Below are positions 31,309 to 40,741 of a stretch of DNA of 64,000 nucleotides, in pieces; position 1 is the stretch's first letter, and each line of letters starts with the position of its first letter. Both the position numbers and the translations under genes were made by a program. This DNA comes from an uncultured Verrucomicrobiae bacterium. GTDB lineage: Bacteria > Verrucomicrobiota > Verrucomicrobiia > Chthoniobacterales > UBA10450. The stretch lies in contig CAWDGJ010000003.1 in NCBI GenBank assembly GCA_963801815.1, positions 224,001 to 288,000 of the forward strand. The letters run 5' to 3'. Under the pieces are notes generated by a model. The model was not told the origin of the DNA, did not search any database, and saw only the letters and a program-made list of their open reading frames with translations.

Positions 31309-32571
31309 TCACTTCTCCGGATTTACCGGGAAGTGTTTGTTTTTCAGGTTTTCGGGAACGCGCTTGGTCTGTTCGGCTTCGATTTGTTCTTTCGCCGCCG
31401 ACTAGCGACTCGAGCGCTTCGCGGCTCTTCTTCGCGCGACACATGTAAGCGGTCGCGTGGGCGAGCGGAATCTGCGCTTCGGGCATTCCGACAAATTCGA
31501 CTGCCTGTTGCGTCGCGATCGCGAGCGGCAATGCTTCGGCATCTGCCAGTCCAACATCTTCACTCGCGAAAATTACGATGCGCCGCGCGATGAAACGAAA
31601 GTCTTCGCCGGCGTGCAGCATTTTCGCGAGCCAGTACATCGCGCCTTTTTCGTCCGACCCGCGCATGCTCTTGATGAACGCGCTGATCGTGTCGTAGTGC
31701 GCGTCGCCCGCGCGATCGTAGACGACCGCTTTCTGCTGAATGCTTTCCTCGGCGACCGCGAGGGTGAAATGAATCAGGCCTTGTTCTGCTGCTGGCGGCG
31801 CTGACCTGTCGAGCCCGTCGAACGGGTCGCGTCGTTGTTTTCGCGCGATCATGGATCGACGACTACGGAGGTCATTCCTCAGTTGGCGGCGTGGTCAGCA
31901 CGCCGATCTCGAGCGCGTTCAAACATTTCCGCGCGTCGCCGTCGCTCAGTTTGGCGAGGTGCGTTCTCGCATCGTCGTCCATCTTCACGTTGTAATTTCC
32001 GAGTCCGCGTTCTTTGTCGGCCAGCGCGCGGTCGATCAAGTGCCTCGAGCTCCGCAACCGTCAGCGGTTCGAGCTGAAAAACCTGTGATCGCGAAACCAG
32101 CGCGCTGTTGACGTAGAAAAACGGATTGTAAGTCGTCGCACCGATCAGGCGCAGGTTTCCGCTTTCAACGTCGGGCAACAAAATGTCTTGCTGCGCTTTG
32201 TTGAAATGATGGATCTCGTCGATGAACAAAATCGTTTTCTGGCCCGACGTGCGAATCCGGTTCGTCGCCGCTGCGAGGGTGCGCCGCATCTCGGCGACAT
32301 TGCTCTCCACGCCGCTCAGTCGAACAAACTTCGCGTGCGTCATGTCGGCAATGATGTGAGCGAGCGTCGTTTTTCCCGTTCCGGGCGGCCCAGAAAAAAT
32401 CACCGATGGCAACCGATCGGCCTCGATCGCGCGCCTGAGCAGTTTCCCGGGCGCGAGAATGTGTTCCTGGCCGACAAATTCGTCGAGCGAACGCGGCCGC
32501 ATCCGCGTCGCCAGCGGCGCGGCTTCGTTCGTCGCTTCACTGTCGACATCCTCTTCGAACAAGTCCTGCAC
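31309..32571 (-). CDS. rarA: Replication-associated recombination protein A (RarA/MgsA); frameshifted
   Basis: PLATRMRP, GPPGTGKTT, FIDEIH, GDAR, HYDTISAFIKSMRGSD and ASEDVGLAD motifs. Confidence 0.95.
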
Positions 32572-32691
32572 GGAACAAATTACACGCGCGTCGCAGATTG
32601 TGCATCTAGCTGAGCGAAGGAGGTCAATCGCCCCTGCCTAAAGATCCTGCCCGGGTAGAAACTATCCTGAGTCGGCAAATTATGCACGCGG

Positions 32692-32748
32692 TGTAGCCAC
32701 GGCCCTGCGGGCCGTTGAACGGAAACGTCGCGCAGCAAAGTGGCCACA
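32692..32748. repeat. GTAG-type REP/REPIN-like element
   Basis: TGTAGCCAC...GTGGCCACA termini with internal hairpin ACGGCCC-TGC-GGGCCGT. Confidence 0.65.
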
Positions 32749-32801
32749 ATTCAGAACTTGGCGTCCACGACCTGCGACCCAATAATGACCCGAGTTCCCC
32801 C

Positions 32802-35090
32802 ATGAACATTCCGCGACAACCATTTGTGGGTCTCGCGTTGATGGCAGCGCTTGGCATCGTCGTTGCCGATTTTGTTCCAATCGCATTGTCCCAATGGCTG
32901 ATCTGGATCATCGCGTTCGTGTCGATCGCGCTCGTGTTGTTCTGGAAATCGAACTCGGCCTTGACTTACGCGCTTGTCGGGTGCGCGTTCTTTTTGCTCC
33001 ACAATTTTCGGACCCGCGACACGCCGGGATTAAAGCTTGTCGATGAATTGGGCGAACGCGCGCGAACAGTGCGTGCAACCGGCGTGGTTGCGAGCGAACC
33101 AAAGGTCGCACCGAACGGGTTTGCGACGTTTCTTTTCAATCTCGAGTCAATCGAGGTTGAAGGGAAAGTCGAAACGAGCAACGCGACAGTTTTTGTGCGC
33201 TGGCGCGGCAATCCGGAATTCGGCGATGAAGTGAAGATCTTTGGAACTGCGGAGCCGATCGCGCCACCGCGCAATCCCGGCGAGTTCGACGTGCGTTCCT
33301 ATCTCGCGCGCCAGGATGTGCGACGCTGCTTGTTTGTTCGTTATGAAGAAGACGGGGTGTTGCTAAAGAGAGGCGCAGGCAATCCGATTCTGCGCGCTGC
33401 GCAAAGATCGCGAGGATGGGTCCAGCGCACGATATGCCGCGGTCTGGATGATTCGCCTGAGGTGCAGAATTTTCTTGGCGGAATCGCGCTTGGCTTGCGT
33501 CACCAAACGCCGGAAGATATCGAAGAGCCGTTTCAGCAAACTGGCACGCTGCATCTTTTTGCGGTTGCCGGATTGCACGTCGGGATTGTTGCGCGGCTAT
33601 TGTGGATCCTCGCGATTATAGCGCGGCTGCCGCAGAGATGGGCAACTGCAATCATCATTCCACTCCTGCTCTTCTACGCCGCGGTAACCGGTTTACACGT
33701 GTCGAGCGTTAGGGCGGCGGTGATGTGCTCGATCTTGCTGGCCGGATTTTTTGTTGAACGAAAAGTTTTCACTCTGAACAGTCTCGCCACTGCCGCTTTT
33801 TTCCTTTTGTCCTGGAACACGAACGAATGCTTCTCCACCGGGTTCCAACTCTCGTTTGCGGTTGTGGGCGGCATTATTTTGCTGGCCGATCCGCTCTCGC
33901 GACGGTTGCAACGGTTCGGCGCGACCGATCCATTTCTGCCGCCCGGTTTAGTCGGACGTAACCGCCGTGCGATCGGGTCAGGCTACGAATGGCTTTGCCG
34001 CGGCTGTTCCGTTTCGCTGGCGGCATGGCTCGGGTCGTTACCGCTGATTTTCTCGTATTTTCATTTGATCACACCGAGCTCCGTCTTCGCGAACCTGCTC
34101 GTAGTGCCGCTCGCATTCTTCATTTTAGCGATCGCTCTTCTGTCGGTTGTCACGGCGCCTATTGCGCTGGCACTTTCCGTGGTTTTCAACAATGCAAACT
34201 GGTTACTGGCAAACGGAGTGATCACGCTCGTTCATTGGTGCGCTCAGTTGTCGGGCAGTCATTATTACGTAGCGCAGCCGCATTGGCCGAATGGAGTGTT
34301 CGCGAGAATTAATGTGCTCGACGTCGGTGCGGGCGCGGCCGTTCACATCCGAAGCACCGGTGAAGATTGGCTGTTGGATTGCGGAAACCTGCGCAGTTAC
34401 GAACGCATCCTTCGCCCGTATTTGCACACGGTTGGAGTCAATCGCGTCGATGGGCTTCTGCTCAGTCACGGCGATTCATTTCACATCGGGGCCGCCGCCG
34501 CGCTCCTCGCGGAGTTCTCCCCGCGGGTTTTGATCGACAACGCAGTGGTTGATCGATCAACCGTCCATTATCGGCTACGAGCAACTCTTGCGGCGCGGCG
34601 GGCAAATGTGTCGAACTTTAGCGCCCGCGAACATTTTACAATCGCTCCGAATGTGTCCGCCAGAATTCTTTTCCCGCCACGCGGATTTTCGGCGACAACA
34701 ACGGACGATGGGGCGCTGGTGGTGCAGTTGTCCGTGAAGACGACGAAGGTTTTATTCATGTCGGACAGCGGTTACGCGACGGAAAAGGCGTTGATTGAAT
34801 CGCAAACAGATTTGCGCAGTGACATTCTCGTCAAAGGGCAACATCATTCCGGCAATTCCGGCCTCGATGCTTTTCTGGATGCCGTGCAACCGAAGATAAT
34901 CGTCGCAACATCGCGCGATTTTCCACAGCACGAGCGAATATCAGACAAATGGGCGGAGGGCGTTCGCGCGCGCGGTATCAAACTTTTTCGTCAGGACGAA
35001 ACGGGAGCGGTGGAATTGGAATTCTGTCCGGACGGTTGGCGGGCAAGGGCGTTTGTTACCGGCGAGATTTTTCGAAGCACCAGCCGGTAA
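32802..35090 (+). CDS. comEC: ComEC/Rec2 competence protein (DUF4131 + Competence + MBL-fold domains)
   Basis: NPGEFD, HLFAVAGLH, GFQLSF, DVGAG, SHGD..H and HHS motifs. Confidence 0.93.
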   Translation: MNIPRQPFVGLALMAALGIVVADFVPIALSQWLIWIIAFVSIALVLFWKSNSALTYALVGCAFFLLHNFRTRDTPGLKLVDELGERARTVRATGVVASEPKVAPNGFATFLFNLESIEVEGKVETSNATVFVRWRGNPEFGDEVKIFGTAEPIAPPRNPGEFDVRSYLARQDVRRCLFVRYEEDGVLLKRGAGNPILRAAQRSRGWVQRTICRGLDDSPEVQNFLGGIALGLRHQTPEDIEEPFQQTGTLHLFAVAGLHVGIVARLLWILAIIARLPQRWATAIIIPLLLFYAAVTGLHVSSVRAAVMCSILLAGFFVERKVFTLNSLATAAFFLLSWNTNECFSTGFQLSFAVVGGIILLADPLSRRLQRFGATDPFLPPGLVGRNRRAIGSGYEWLCRGCSVSLAAWLGSLPLIFSYFHLITPSSVFANLLVVPLAFFILAIALLSVVTAPIALALSVVFNNANWLLANGVITLVHWCAQLSGSHYYVAQPHWPNGVFARINVLDVGAGAAVHIRSTGEDWLLDCGNLRSYERILRPYLHTVGVNRVDGLLLSHGDSFHIGAAAALLAEFSPRVLIDNAVVDRSTVHYRLRATLAARRANVSNFSAREHFTIAPNVSARILFPPRGFSATTTDDGALVVQLSVKTTKVLFMSDSGYATEKALIESQTDLRSDILVKGQHHSGNSGLDAFLDAVQPKIIVATSRDFPQHERISDKWAEGVRARGIKLFRQDETGAVELEFCPDGWRARAFVTGEIFRSTSR

Positions 35091-35632
35091 ATCGCCGCGC
35101 CTGCGTGGACGAAGCGGCGCTCAAACTTGCTCGATGGAAGGTCGACATCTTTCGTATCGTCGATGGTGAATCGAGAATCGGCTTGGCTGAGCCGGAGCAT
35201 TTGCTCGAAGTAATCGCCTTGGTCCGTGGCGATTCGAAGGACGCCGCCGGCCTGCAGCGCGCGATAAATGGAATCGAGAAATTCGTTGGTGACAATTCGG
35301 CGACGGTGGTGTCGGCGCTTTGGCCAGGGATCAGGAAAAAACAAGTAGAACGTTTCAACGCTATTTTCCGGCAGTAAATAGCGAACGGCATACGAACTTT
35401 CGACGTTCAACACGCGAACATTTTCTAGCTGGGCTGATTTGCGGCAGGCTTTGGCGACGCGACCAGCAAGTTTGTCGATGCCGAGGAAATTTCTTCCGGG
35501 ATTTTGCCTGGCTAGTTCACACAGGAATACGCCGTCGCCGCAACCAAGATCGACATGCAATGGGGCAGCGCGGCCGAAAATTGATAGAAGATCGAGCGGC
35601 GCGAGATAGGTCTCCGGGACGAGTTCAACCAC
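34991..35632 (-). CDS. trmB: tRNA (guanine-N7)-methyltransferase TrmB
   Basis: DLGCGDG, FPDPWPKRRHHRRR, ATD..DY and SKFE motifs. Confidence 0.92.
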   Translation of the reverse strand: MVELVPETYLAPLDLLSIFGRAAPLHVDLGCGDGVFLCELARQNPGRNFLGIDKLAGRVAKACRKSAQLENVRVLNVESSYAVRYLLPENSVETFYLFFPDPWPKRRHHRRRIVTNEFLDSIYRALQAGGVLRIATDQGDYFEQMLRLSQADSRFTIDDTKDVDLPSSKFERRFVHAGAAIYRLVLRKISPVTNALARQPSGQNSNSTAPVSS

Positions 35633-35699
35633 GGAGAAGAATGACAGCCGTTACCAGGCGTTTCAACCTCGCAGCGGCAAATTGATTGGCGAGGAAAGG

Positions 35700-36086
35700 T
35701 TAGGCCGCGGCTTGTTTCGGCGAGCCGAAACCGATGGCGAGCATTAGCACGGCAAGGACTACGTGAAGCCAGGTGTCAGCCGGATTGTTGGAAATCAGGC
35801 CGAGCAGCAACCCGTTAGGCGTCATGAATCCCAGAATCGCTACCACGGCGTAGATGAGTCCAAAGATCTTGAACCAAAGCCGCGCCGGGCCGGCTCCCGC
35901 CATTGATGCGAGCAGGAAAACAATGCCCGAGGCGATGTGCACACTGCTATGCGCGGTGTTCACCATGAAGATATTCAGTAACATAGGCATGCCGTCGGCG
36001 CCGGTCGTTGTGACACCGGGTACGAAACCCAGAATTCCCAGCGCCAAAAAAACAATACCGAAAAGCATTCCCAGTGTTTTTGCCAT
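35700..36086 (-). CDS. DUF4383-like four-helix membrane protein
   Basis: GILGFVP, F.VN.AHS.VH and N.ADTWLH motifs. Confidence 0.8.
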   Translation of the reverse strand: MAKTLGMLFGIVFLALGILGFVPGVTTTGADGMPMLLNIFMVNTAHSSVHIASGIVFLLASMAGAGPARLWFKIFGLIYAVVAILGFMTPNGLLLGLISNNPADTWLHVVLAVLMLAIGFGSPKQAAA

Positions 36087-36200
36087 AGTAAGCTCCTATT
36101 GGATTTGAGGTTATGCTTATGGCAGTCGCACCGGTCACTGGCAAGAAAAAAGCGGGTTCATTCGAAACGCTTCAATCTCACTGCTGTCTAATGTCGAAAT

Positions 36201-36803
36201 ATGAAGCTTCTTTACGTTTTGCCCGCCGCAGCGCTGGTTCTTTTTGACTGTCTTTCGCCGGCCCAAACTTCGCCCGAGACAAAAACCGCGGTCTTTGCGG
36301 GCGGCTGTTTTTGGTGCATTCAGCCGGCCTTTGATAAAGCGCCGGGCGTTCTCAAAACGGTGGTGGGTTACTGTGGTGGAACAGAACCGAATCCAACCTA
36401 TGAGTTGGTCGGTTCGGAAAAAACGAAATACCGCGAATCGATTGAGATCACTTACGATCCGGCGAAGATTTCTTACGATCAGTTGCTCGATATTTACTGG
36501 CGACAGATCGATCCCACTCAGTCTGACGGCCAATTCACTGATGTCGGTCCCAGCTATCACGCGGCGATTTTTTACGGCAATGACGACGAGAAAAAAATTG
36601 CCGAAGCATCAAAGGCGAAGCTCGCCTCCTCCGGTAAGTTCAAGAAGCCGATCGTGACTGAAATCCTCCCGGCAATGAAATTTTGGCCGGCAGAGGATTA
36701 TCATCAAAAATATTATCAACAGAACCCTGCGCATTTTGAAGCATTCGAGTACGGCTCGGGTCGCACGTCGTTCCAGAAAAAGAATTGGGGTGACAAGCCC
36801 TAG
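36201..36803 (+). CDS. msrA: Peptide methionine sulfoxide reductase MsrA with signal peptide
   Basis: AGGCFWC, NPTY, DPT..DGQF.D.G and AEDYHQ.YY motifs. Confidence 0.96.
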   Translation: MKLLYVLPAAALVLFDCLSPAQTSPETKTAVFAGGCFWCIQPAFDKAPGVLKTVVGYCGGTEPNPTYELVGSEKTKYRESIEITYDPAKISYDQLLDIYWRQIDPTQSDGQFTDVGPSYHAAIFYGNDDEKKIAEASKAKLASSGKFKKPIVTEILPAMKFWPAEDYHQKYYQQNPAHFEAFEYGSGRTSFQKKNWGDKP

Positions 36804-36863
36804 GCTAGAATTCGACAGCACACATCTGAATCGACGGTGCCTACGTTTTGGGGTGGGCCACCC

Positions 36864-37313
36864 TTAGAATCTGGCGAGGTTTGAGTGCTGTGACTCGACA
36901 AATTCGGCGCGCTCGACCGAAAGATTTTCGTTAAGGACTTTTCCCAGTTCCTGCGACAGGACGATGGCAATCGCGCGAGCGTCGCGTGTGTAAACCGGGA
37001 TGGTAAACGAACCGGCGTTACGATCATATCCGTAAATGGTGCCGTCGGTTTCCCAAACGCAGTAAGCGTGACCCGCCGGGTGATTGTTGTAACGAACGAG
37101 CAGAATCTTCGCCCAAAAGTTTGTGTCGAGAGCGTGCTGGGTCTTGACCGCGGCGAGGTAATTGCAGGCCGAGACGACGCACCCGTTCAATACCACGAGC
37201 TCATCTTCACTGGGCGAAAGGAGGACGGTTTGCTGAGGACGGCAGCTGAGCGTTACGCAAGCGAGGAGGATCGCGGAATGATAGGTGACTTTGGCGAGCG
37301 ACGGGAAATTCAT
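36864..37313 (-). CDS. Hypothetical lipoprotein, possibly papain/transglutaminase-like
   Basis: Lipobox-like LSC; GCVVSAC...GHAYC...YGYD spacing. Confidence 0.65.
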   Translation of the reverse strand: MNFPSLAKVTYHSAILLACVTLSCRPQQTVLLSPSEDELVVLNGCVVSACNYLAAVKTQHALDTNFWAKILLVRYNNHPAGHAYCVWETDGTIYGYDRNAGSFTIPVYTRDARAIAIVLSQELGKVLNENLSVERAEFVESQHSNLARF

Positions 37314-37751
37314 GAAACGGGAGCGGGCTGAGGTCTATTGCTGTTATAGTTTTTATAGAACACGATAGCCCCGATGTGAAGCTTTATTTTCACGCGGCGC
37401 GACACGATTCTACAAACTCTGACGTCACCGGACCCGCCTCCGTTCATTTAGGTTGGCGTAATTTTCGCATCGCTCCAACGAGGAGGGGGCCGTCCAGCCT
37501 CGTGGCTGATGTTTATCTGTAAAACTTAATAAACGAGCCCGCCTCGCCACGCTCCCGGTCGAGGCGCGTTTGACGGCTGATCACAGGTGCTTTTTCACGA
37601 ATGCGCGGCCGGAATGCGACTTCAGGCATGAAATTGGGGGCTGCCTTGCCGAGGCGTAGCTCGCGACGTTGCCAATAGATTGCAAAACGTCCGGCTTCGC
37701 AATTGCTCCGCCGCGACAGTCTTCTCTCGCAACTACGTCGCGAGCGAAGAC

Positions 37752-38108
37752 TGGAGGCGAGGGGAGTTGAACCCCTGTCCTCATCGCTTTCCGCGCACAC
37801 ATCTACATGTTTATCCGGCGCTTGGTTCTGAAGAGCTGACGTTGCACCGGCGCACTGCCAACTCTCGAGCGTCCGCGAGGTCGATCTTACGAATCAGGCG
37901 CGGTCGCCCCGCCGATTCGCCAGCCTGCTGTCCCCGTTTTCGCCGCCAGCAGGCGTCGCTGCGAAAACGTCACGGTCAATTAAGCCGCGAGAGCGAGATC
38001 TTCGTGATCTGCGTTTATTTGTTTTGGTCCGGTTTTTTACGAGGCCAACGAACCATCCTCGACATGCCGTCTGCGCTTCCAACCATGAGTCGAAACCAGT
38101 GCGCCCCC
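37752..38108 (-). ncRNA. ssrA: tmRNA (transfer-messenger RNA), tag peptide (A)ADHEDLALAA
   Basis: 5' GGGGGCGCACTGGTTTCGAC; 3' GGGGTTCAACTCCCCTCGCCTCCA; tag ORF 38012-37980; 357 nt; CCA not encoded. Confidence 0.97.
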
Positions 38109-38117
38109 GTCACGAAA

Positions 38118-38146
38118 AAGATACTGTCCGGTAGCGTCCTGCGCAA
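38118..38146 (-). promoter_or_regulatory. sigma70-type promoter of ssrA
   Basis: TTGCGC-17 nt-TATCTT just upstream of the tmRNA 5' end. Confidence 0.6.
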
Positions 38147-38212
38147 ATTCTGGATGAAAAATCGAGAATCAAGACTCTAGTTCGTTCTAACCCTCTAACG
38201 CATCCCAGGTAG

Positions 38213-39286
38213 ATGCAAACCTACATTGATAATCTGCCAGCCGGTCGTGCTGTCCGACTTTTAGCAAAACCGCGTGGCGGGCCGCTCGCATTGGGACGTG
38301 GCATGATCATCGCCATCTCTCTGGTTCTGGTCAGCATAATTGGATACGTCGATTTCAAAACCGGATACGAACGGTCGCTTTCGCTTTTCTATCTTGTGCC
38401 AATCTCGCTCGGGACTTGGGTAGTCGGCTTGATTTTTGGACTGGCAATCGCCGTCCTGAGTGTTGTCGTTTGGGTCATTTCGGATTTGGCGGCCGGTATC
38501 CCTTCCTTCCGATTGTGGAACGCCGCGATGGCGCTTGCATCTTACTTCGCCTTCACGGTGGTCCTCTTTAAGTTGCGAGTTTTGCTTCATGAACTTGATC
38601 AACGAGTGCGCGATCGCACGATTGCTTTGCAGCGCGAAATGACCGAGCGCGAGCGTCTCGATCAGGAAATCGCAGAAATCGCGGATCGCGAACGACGGCG
38701 TCTGGGACAGAGTTTGCACGACAGTGTTGGTCAACATTTGACCGGGACCGCTCTGGCCGCACAGGTTTTGCGTGAGAAACTGGCGGACCGTGATGCCACT
38801 GAAGTTCCGGATGCCGACAAGGTGGTTCGTTACCTGGAGGAGGGGATCGATCTCACACGGAACCTCGCGCGTGGTTTCTTTTCTCCCGAGCTGGAAGCGG
38901 ACGGTTTGAGTGTTGCGCTGCAAGGGCTCGCGGCAAATGTCAGCGAGCGGTTTGGGGTTACGTGTGATTTCAAGGGCAATGGCGCCGTGCGGGTGCGTGA
39001 TTCCACAACCGCCACCCAGCTCTACCACATCGCGTTAGAAGCAACGACAAACGCAGCCAAGCATGCCCATCCGAGCAGGATCGACATCGAGCTGGCTCAA
39101 AAGGGCCAGCGACTCACCCTGGCAATTTCAGATGACGGAAAGGGGTTTCCCGAAAAATTGCCCGAACCGCCGGGGCTGGGACTCCGTCTGATGGCTCATG
39201 GCGCAGCCTTGATTGGCGGAAAACTTTCTGTTCAGCGTAACCGTAATGGCGGAACAATAGTCATATGTAAGTTAAGCGCGGACTAA
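38213..39286 (+). CDS. Membrane sensor histidine kinase (HisKA_3, NarX/UhpB-like)
   Basis: N-terminal TM helices; ERRRLGQSLHDSVGQ, EATTNAAKH, DDGKG and GLGL motifs; true start may be ~38303. Confidence 0.9.
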   Translation: MQTYIDNLPAGRAVRLLAKPRGGPLALGRGMIIAISLVLVSIIGYVDFKTGYERSLSLFYLVPISLGTWVVGLIFGLAIAVLSVVVWVISDLAAGIPSFRLWNAAMALASYFAFTVVLFKLRVLLHELDQRVRDRTIALQREMTERERLDQEIAEIADRERRRLGQSLHDSVGQHLTGTALAAQVLREKLADRDATEVPDADKVVRYLEEGIDLTRNLARGFFSPELEADGLSVALQGLAANVSERFGVTCDFKGNGAVRVRDSTTATQLYHIALEATTNAAKHAHPSRIDIELAQKGQRLTLAISDDGKGFPEKLPEPPGLGLRLMAHGAALIGGKLSVQRNRNGGTIVICKLSAD

Positions 39287-39299
39287 CCATCGCAAGCCT

Positions 39300-39980
39300 A
39301 TGAAACAAAAAAACCAAAATGGAGGCACTCACAGTCACCGGGTCTTTATCGTGGACGATCATCCCCTCGTTCGTGAAGGCCTGGCAAACTTAATCAACCA
39401 ACAGACCGACTGCGCCGTTTGCGGGGAAGCCGAGGATTCCGCCGGCGCCCTTACAGGAATCGGCACGAGTCAGCCCGACGTAGTGCTAGTGGACATCTCG
39501 TTAAAAAACGAATCGGGCCTGGAATTAGTGAAGACGTTGCGCAGCCAGTTTCCGGAACTTGCGGTCATTGTTCTGTCGATGCACGACGAGGCGCTTTACG
39601 CTGAACGCGCCCTGCACGCCGGCGCGCGCGGCTACGTAATGAAACGCGAAACGACAAAAAATGTTCTGACCGCAATTCGGCGTGTGCTCGAAGGCGACAT
39701 TTACGTGAGCGATCGAGTGGTCAATTCGATGGCCAAGAGGATGAGCTCCCGCAAGACCGCGGCGGCCGAACCCGTTGAACGGCTGAGCGACCGTGAGCTG
39801 GAAATCTTCAGACTGCTTGGTCAGGGGCGCACGCCGTCGCAAATCGCGGAGGACCTGCGGCTGAGTTTGAAAACCGTTCAGGCTTACTGCGCGCGAGCGA
39901 AAGAGAAATTCGGAGTCACGTCACTTACCGAATTACTGCGTGCAGCGATTCGATGGGAAGACGCGATGCACGTAAAGTGA
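39300..39980 (+). CDS. NarL/LuxR-family response regulator
   Basis: IVDDHPLVREG, VDISL, LSMH, GYVMK and LSDRELEIF HTH. Confidence 0.95.
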   Translation: MKQKNQNGGTHSHRVFIVDDHPLVREGLANLINQQTDCAVCGEAEDSAGALTGIGTSQPDVVLVDISLKNESGLELVKTLRSQFPELAVIVLSMHDEALYAERALHAGARGYVMKRETTKNVLTAIRRVLEGDIYVSDRVVNSMAKRMSSRKTAAAEPVERLSDRELEIFRLLGQGRTPSQIAEDLRLSLKTVQAYCARAKEKFGVTSLTELLRAAIRWEDAMHVK

Positions 39981-40000
39981 GCTGACTACGTGCTATCTAT

Positions 40001-40732
40001 CTAGATAGATGTCGATCTAATTCGGGCCGGTCGGATGCTGGCCGCGGCAGTGGCCAACTGTCGCGTGCTGAACCGCAAGCCGCAGAAAATCGCAAGTTGC
40101 TCCATCATCGCGGGCGGGTTGGCCTGCAACTCTTCAAATTGAATGCGCTTGTAGTTTCGCGAACTGGCGACCTGTTCTCCGGCGCTTAAGTACTGCGATA
40201 CAAGCCGCCGGCAATATTCAAGGTCCGCGAGATTGGAGGTGGGCGGATCACCGGCTGCTTGAAACTTCAATTCGCGTTCGCGAATGCTTTCCGCCGCAGC
40301 TACTGCATCCCGGACCACGTGAACAATTCGCGCATCGGGAAAAATTTCGAGCCATACCGGCGCGAACAATGTTGTGCGGGGTTCCTTCCAACCCCAAGGC
40401 GCACCAAATTTCAACCGCAAACGACGCCACCAGCCGCTCGGGTCATTCCGATATCCAAAAATTTTCCCAAAGTCTGCGCTGACGTTCGATCGCAAGTATT
40501 CCAAGCAATCGCTACGGCCCGCGGAAGTTTTTATTCGGTCAACGAACGGAGTGGGATTGTGCCAGGACGCGCCGGCGCGGCGAAGATATTCTTCGTGTAA
40601 TTGTTGAAGCGCCTTGGATTCGCGATGGCTGTCGAGCCGCTGACCAATCTGCAATCCGAGCAACTCGAGCGCCCGGGCGGTGGCACTAGTGCCGGAACGA
40701 TGCGCGCCAATAATCAAGACGGGCGCCTTCAT
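40001..40732 (-). CDS. PAPS-dependent sulfotransferase
   Basis: GAHRSGTS P-loop, WGWKEPRT and HVVRD....AES motifs. Confidence 0.88.
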   Translation of the reverse strand: MKAPVLIIGAHRSGTSATARALELLGLQIGQRLDSHRESKALQQLHEEYLRRAGASWHNPTPFVDRIKTSAGRSDCLEYLRSNVSADFGKIFGYRNDPSGWWRRLRLKFGAPWGWKEPRTTLFAPVWLEIFPDARIVHVVRDAVAAAESIRERELKFQAAGDPPTSNLADLEYCRRLVSQYLSAGEQVASSRNYKRIQFEELQANPPAMMEQLAIFCGLRFSTRQLATAAASIRPARIRSTSI

Positions 40733-40741
40733 TCGAAATGC

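Noticed and set aside
37513..38180. ORFs overlapping the tmRNA (37513-37800, 37581-37802, 37680-38180, 37894-38082)
   Set aside because: They are explained by the tmRNA and its trailer; only the tag peptide is supported.
37330..38210. Genomic island integrated at tmRNA
   Set aside because: No integrase, no duplicated tmRNA 3' end seen in the window, and the flanking genes are ordinary.
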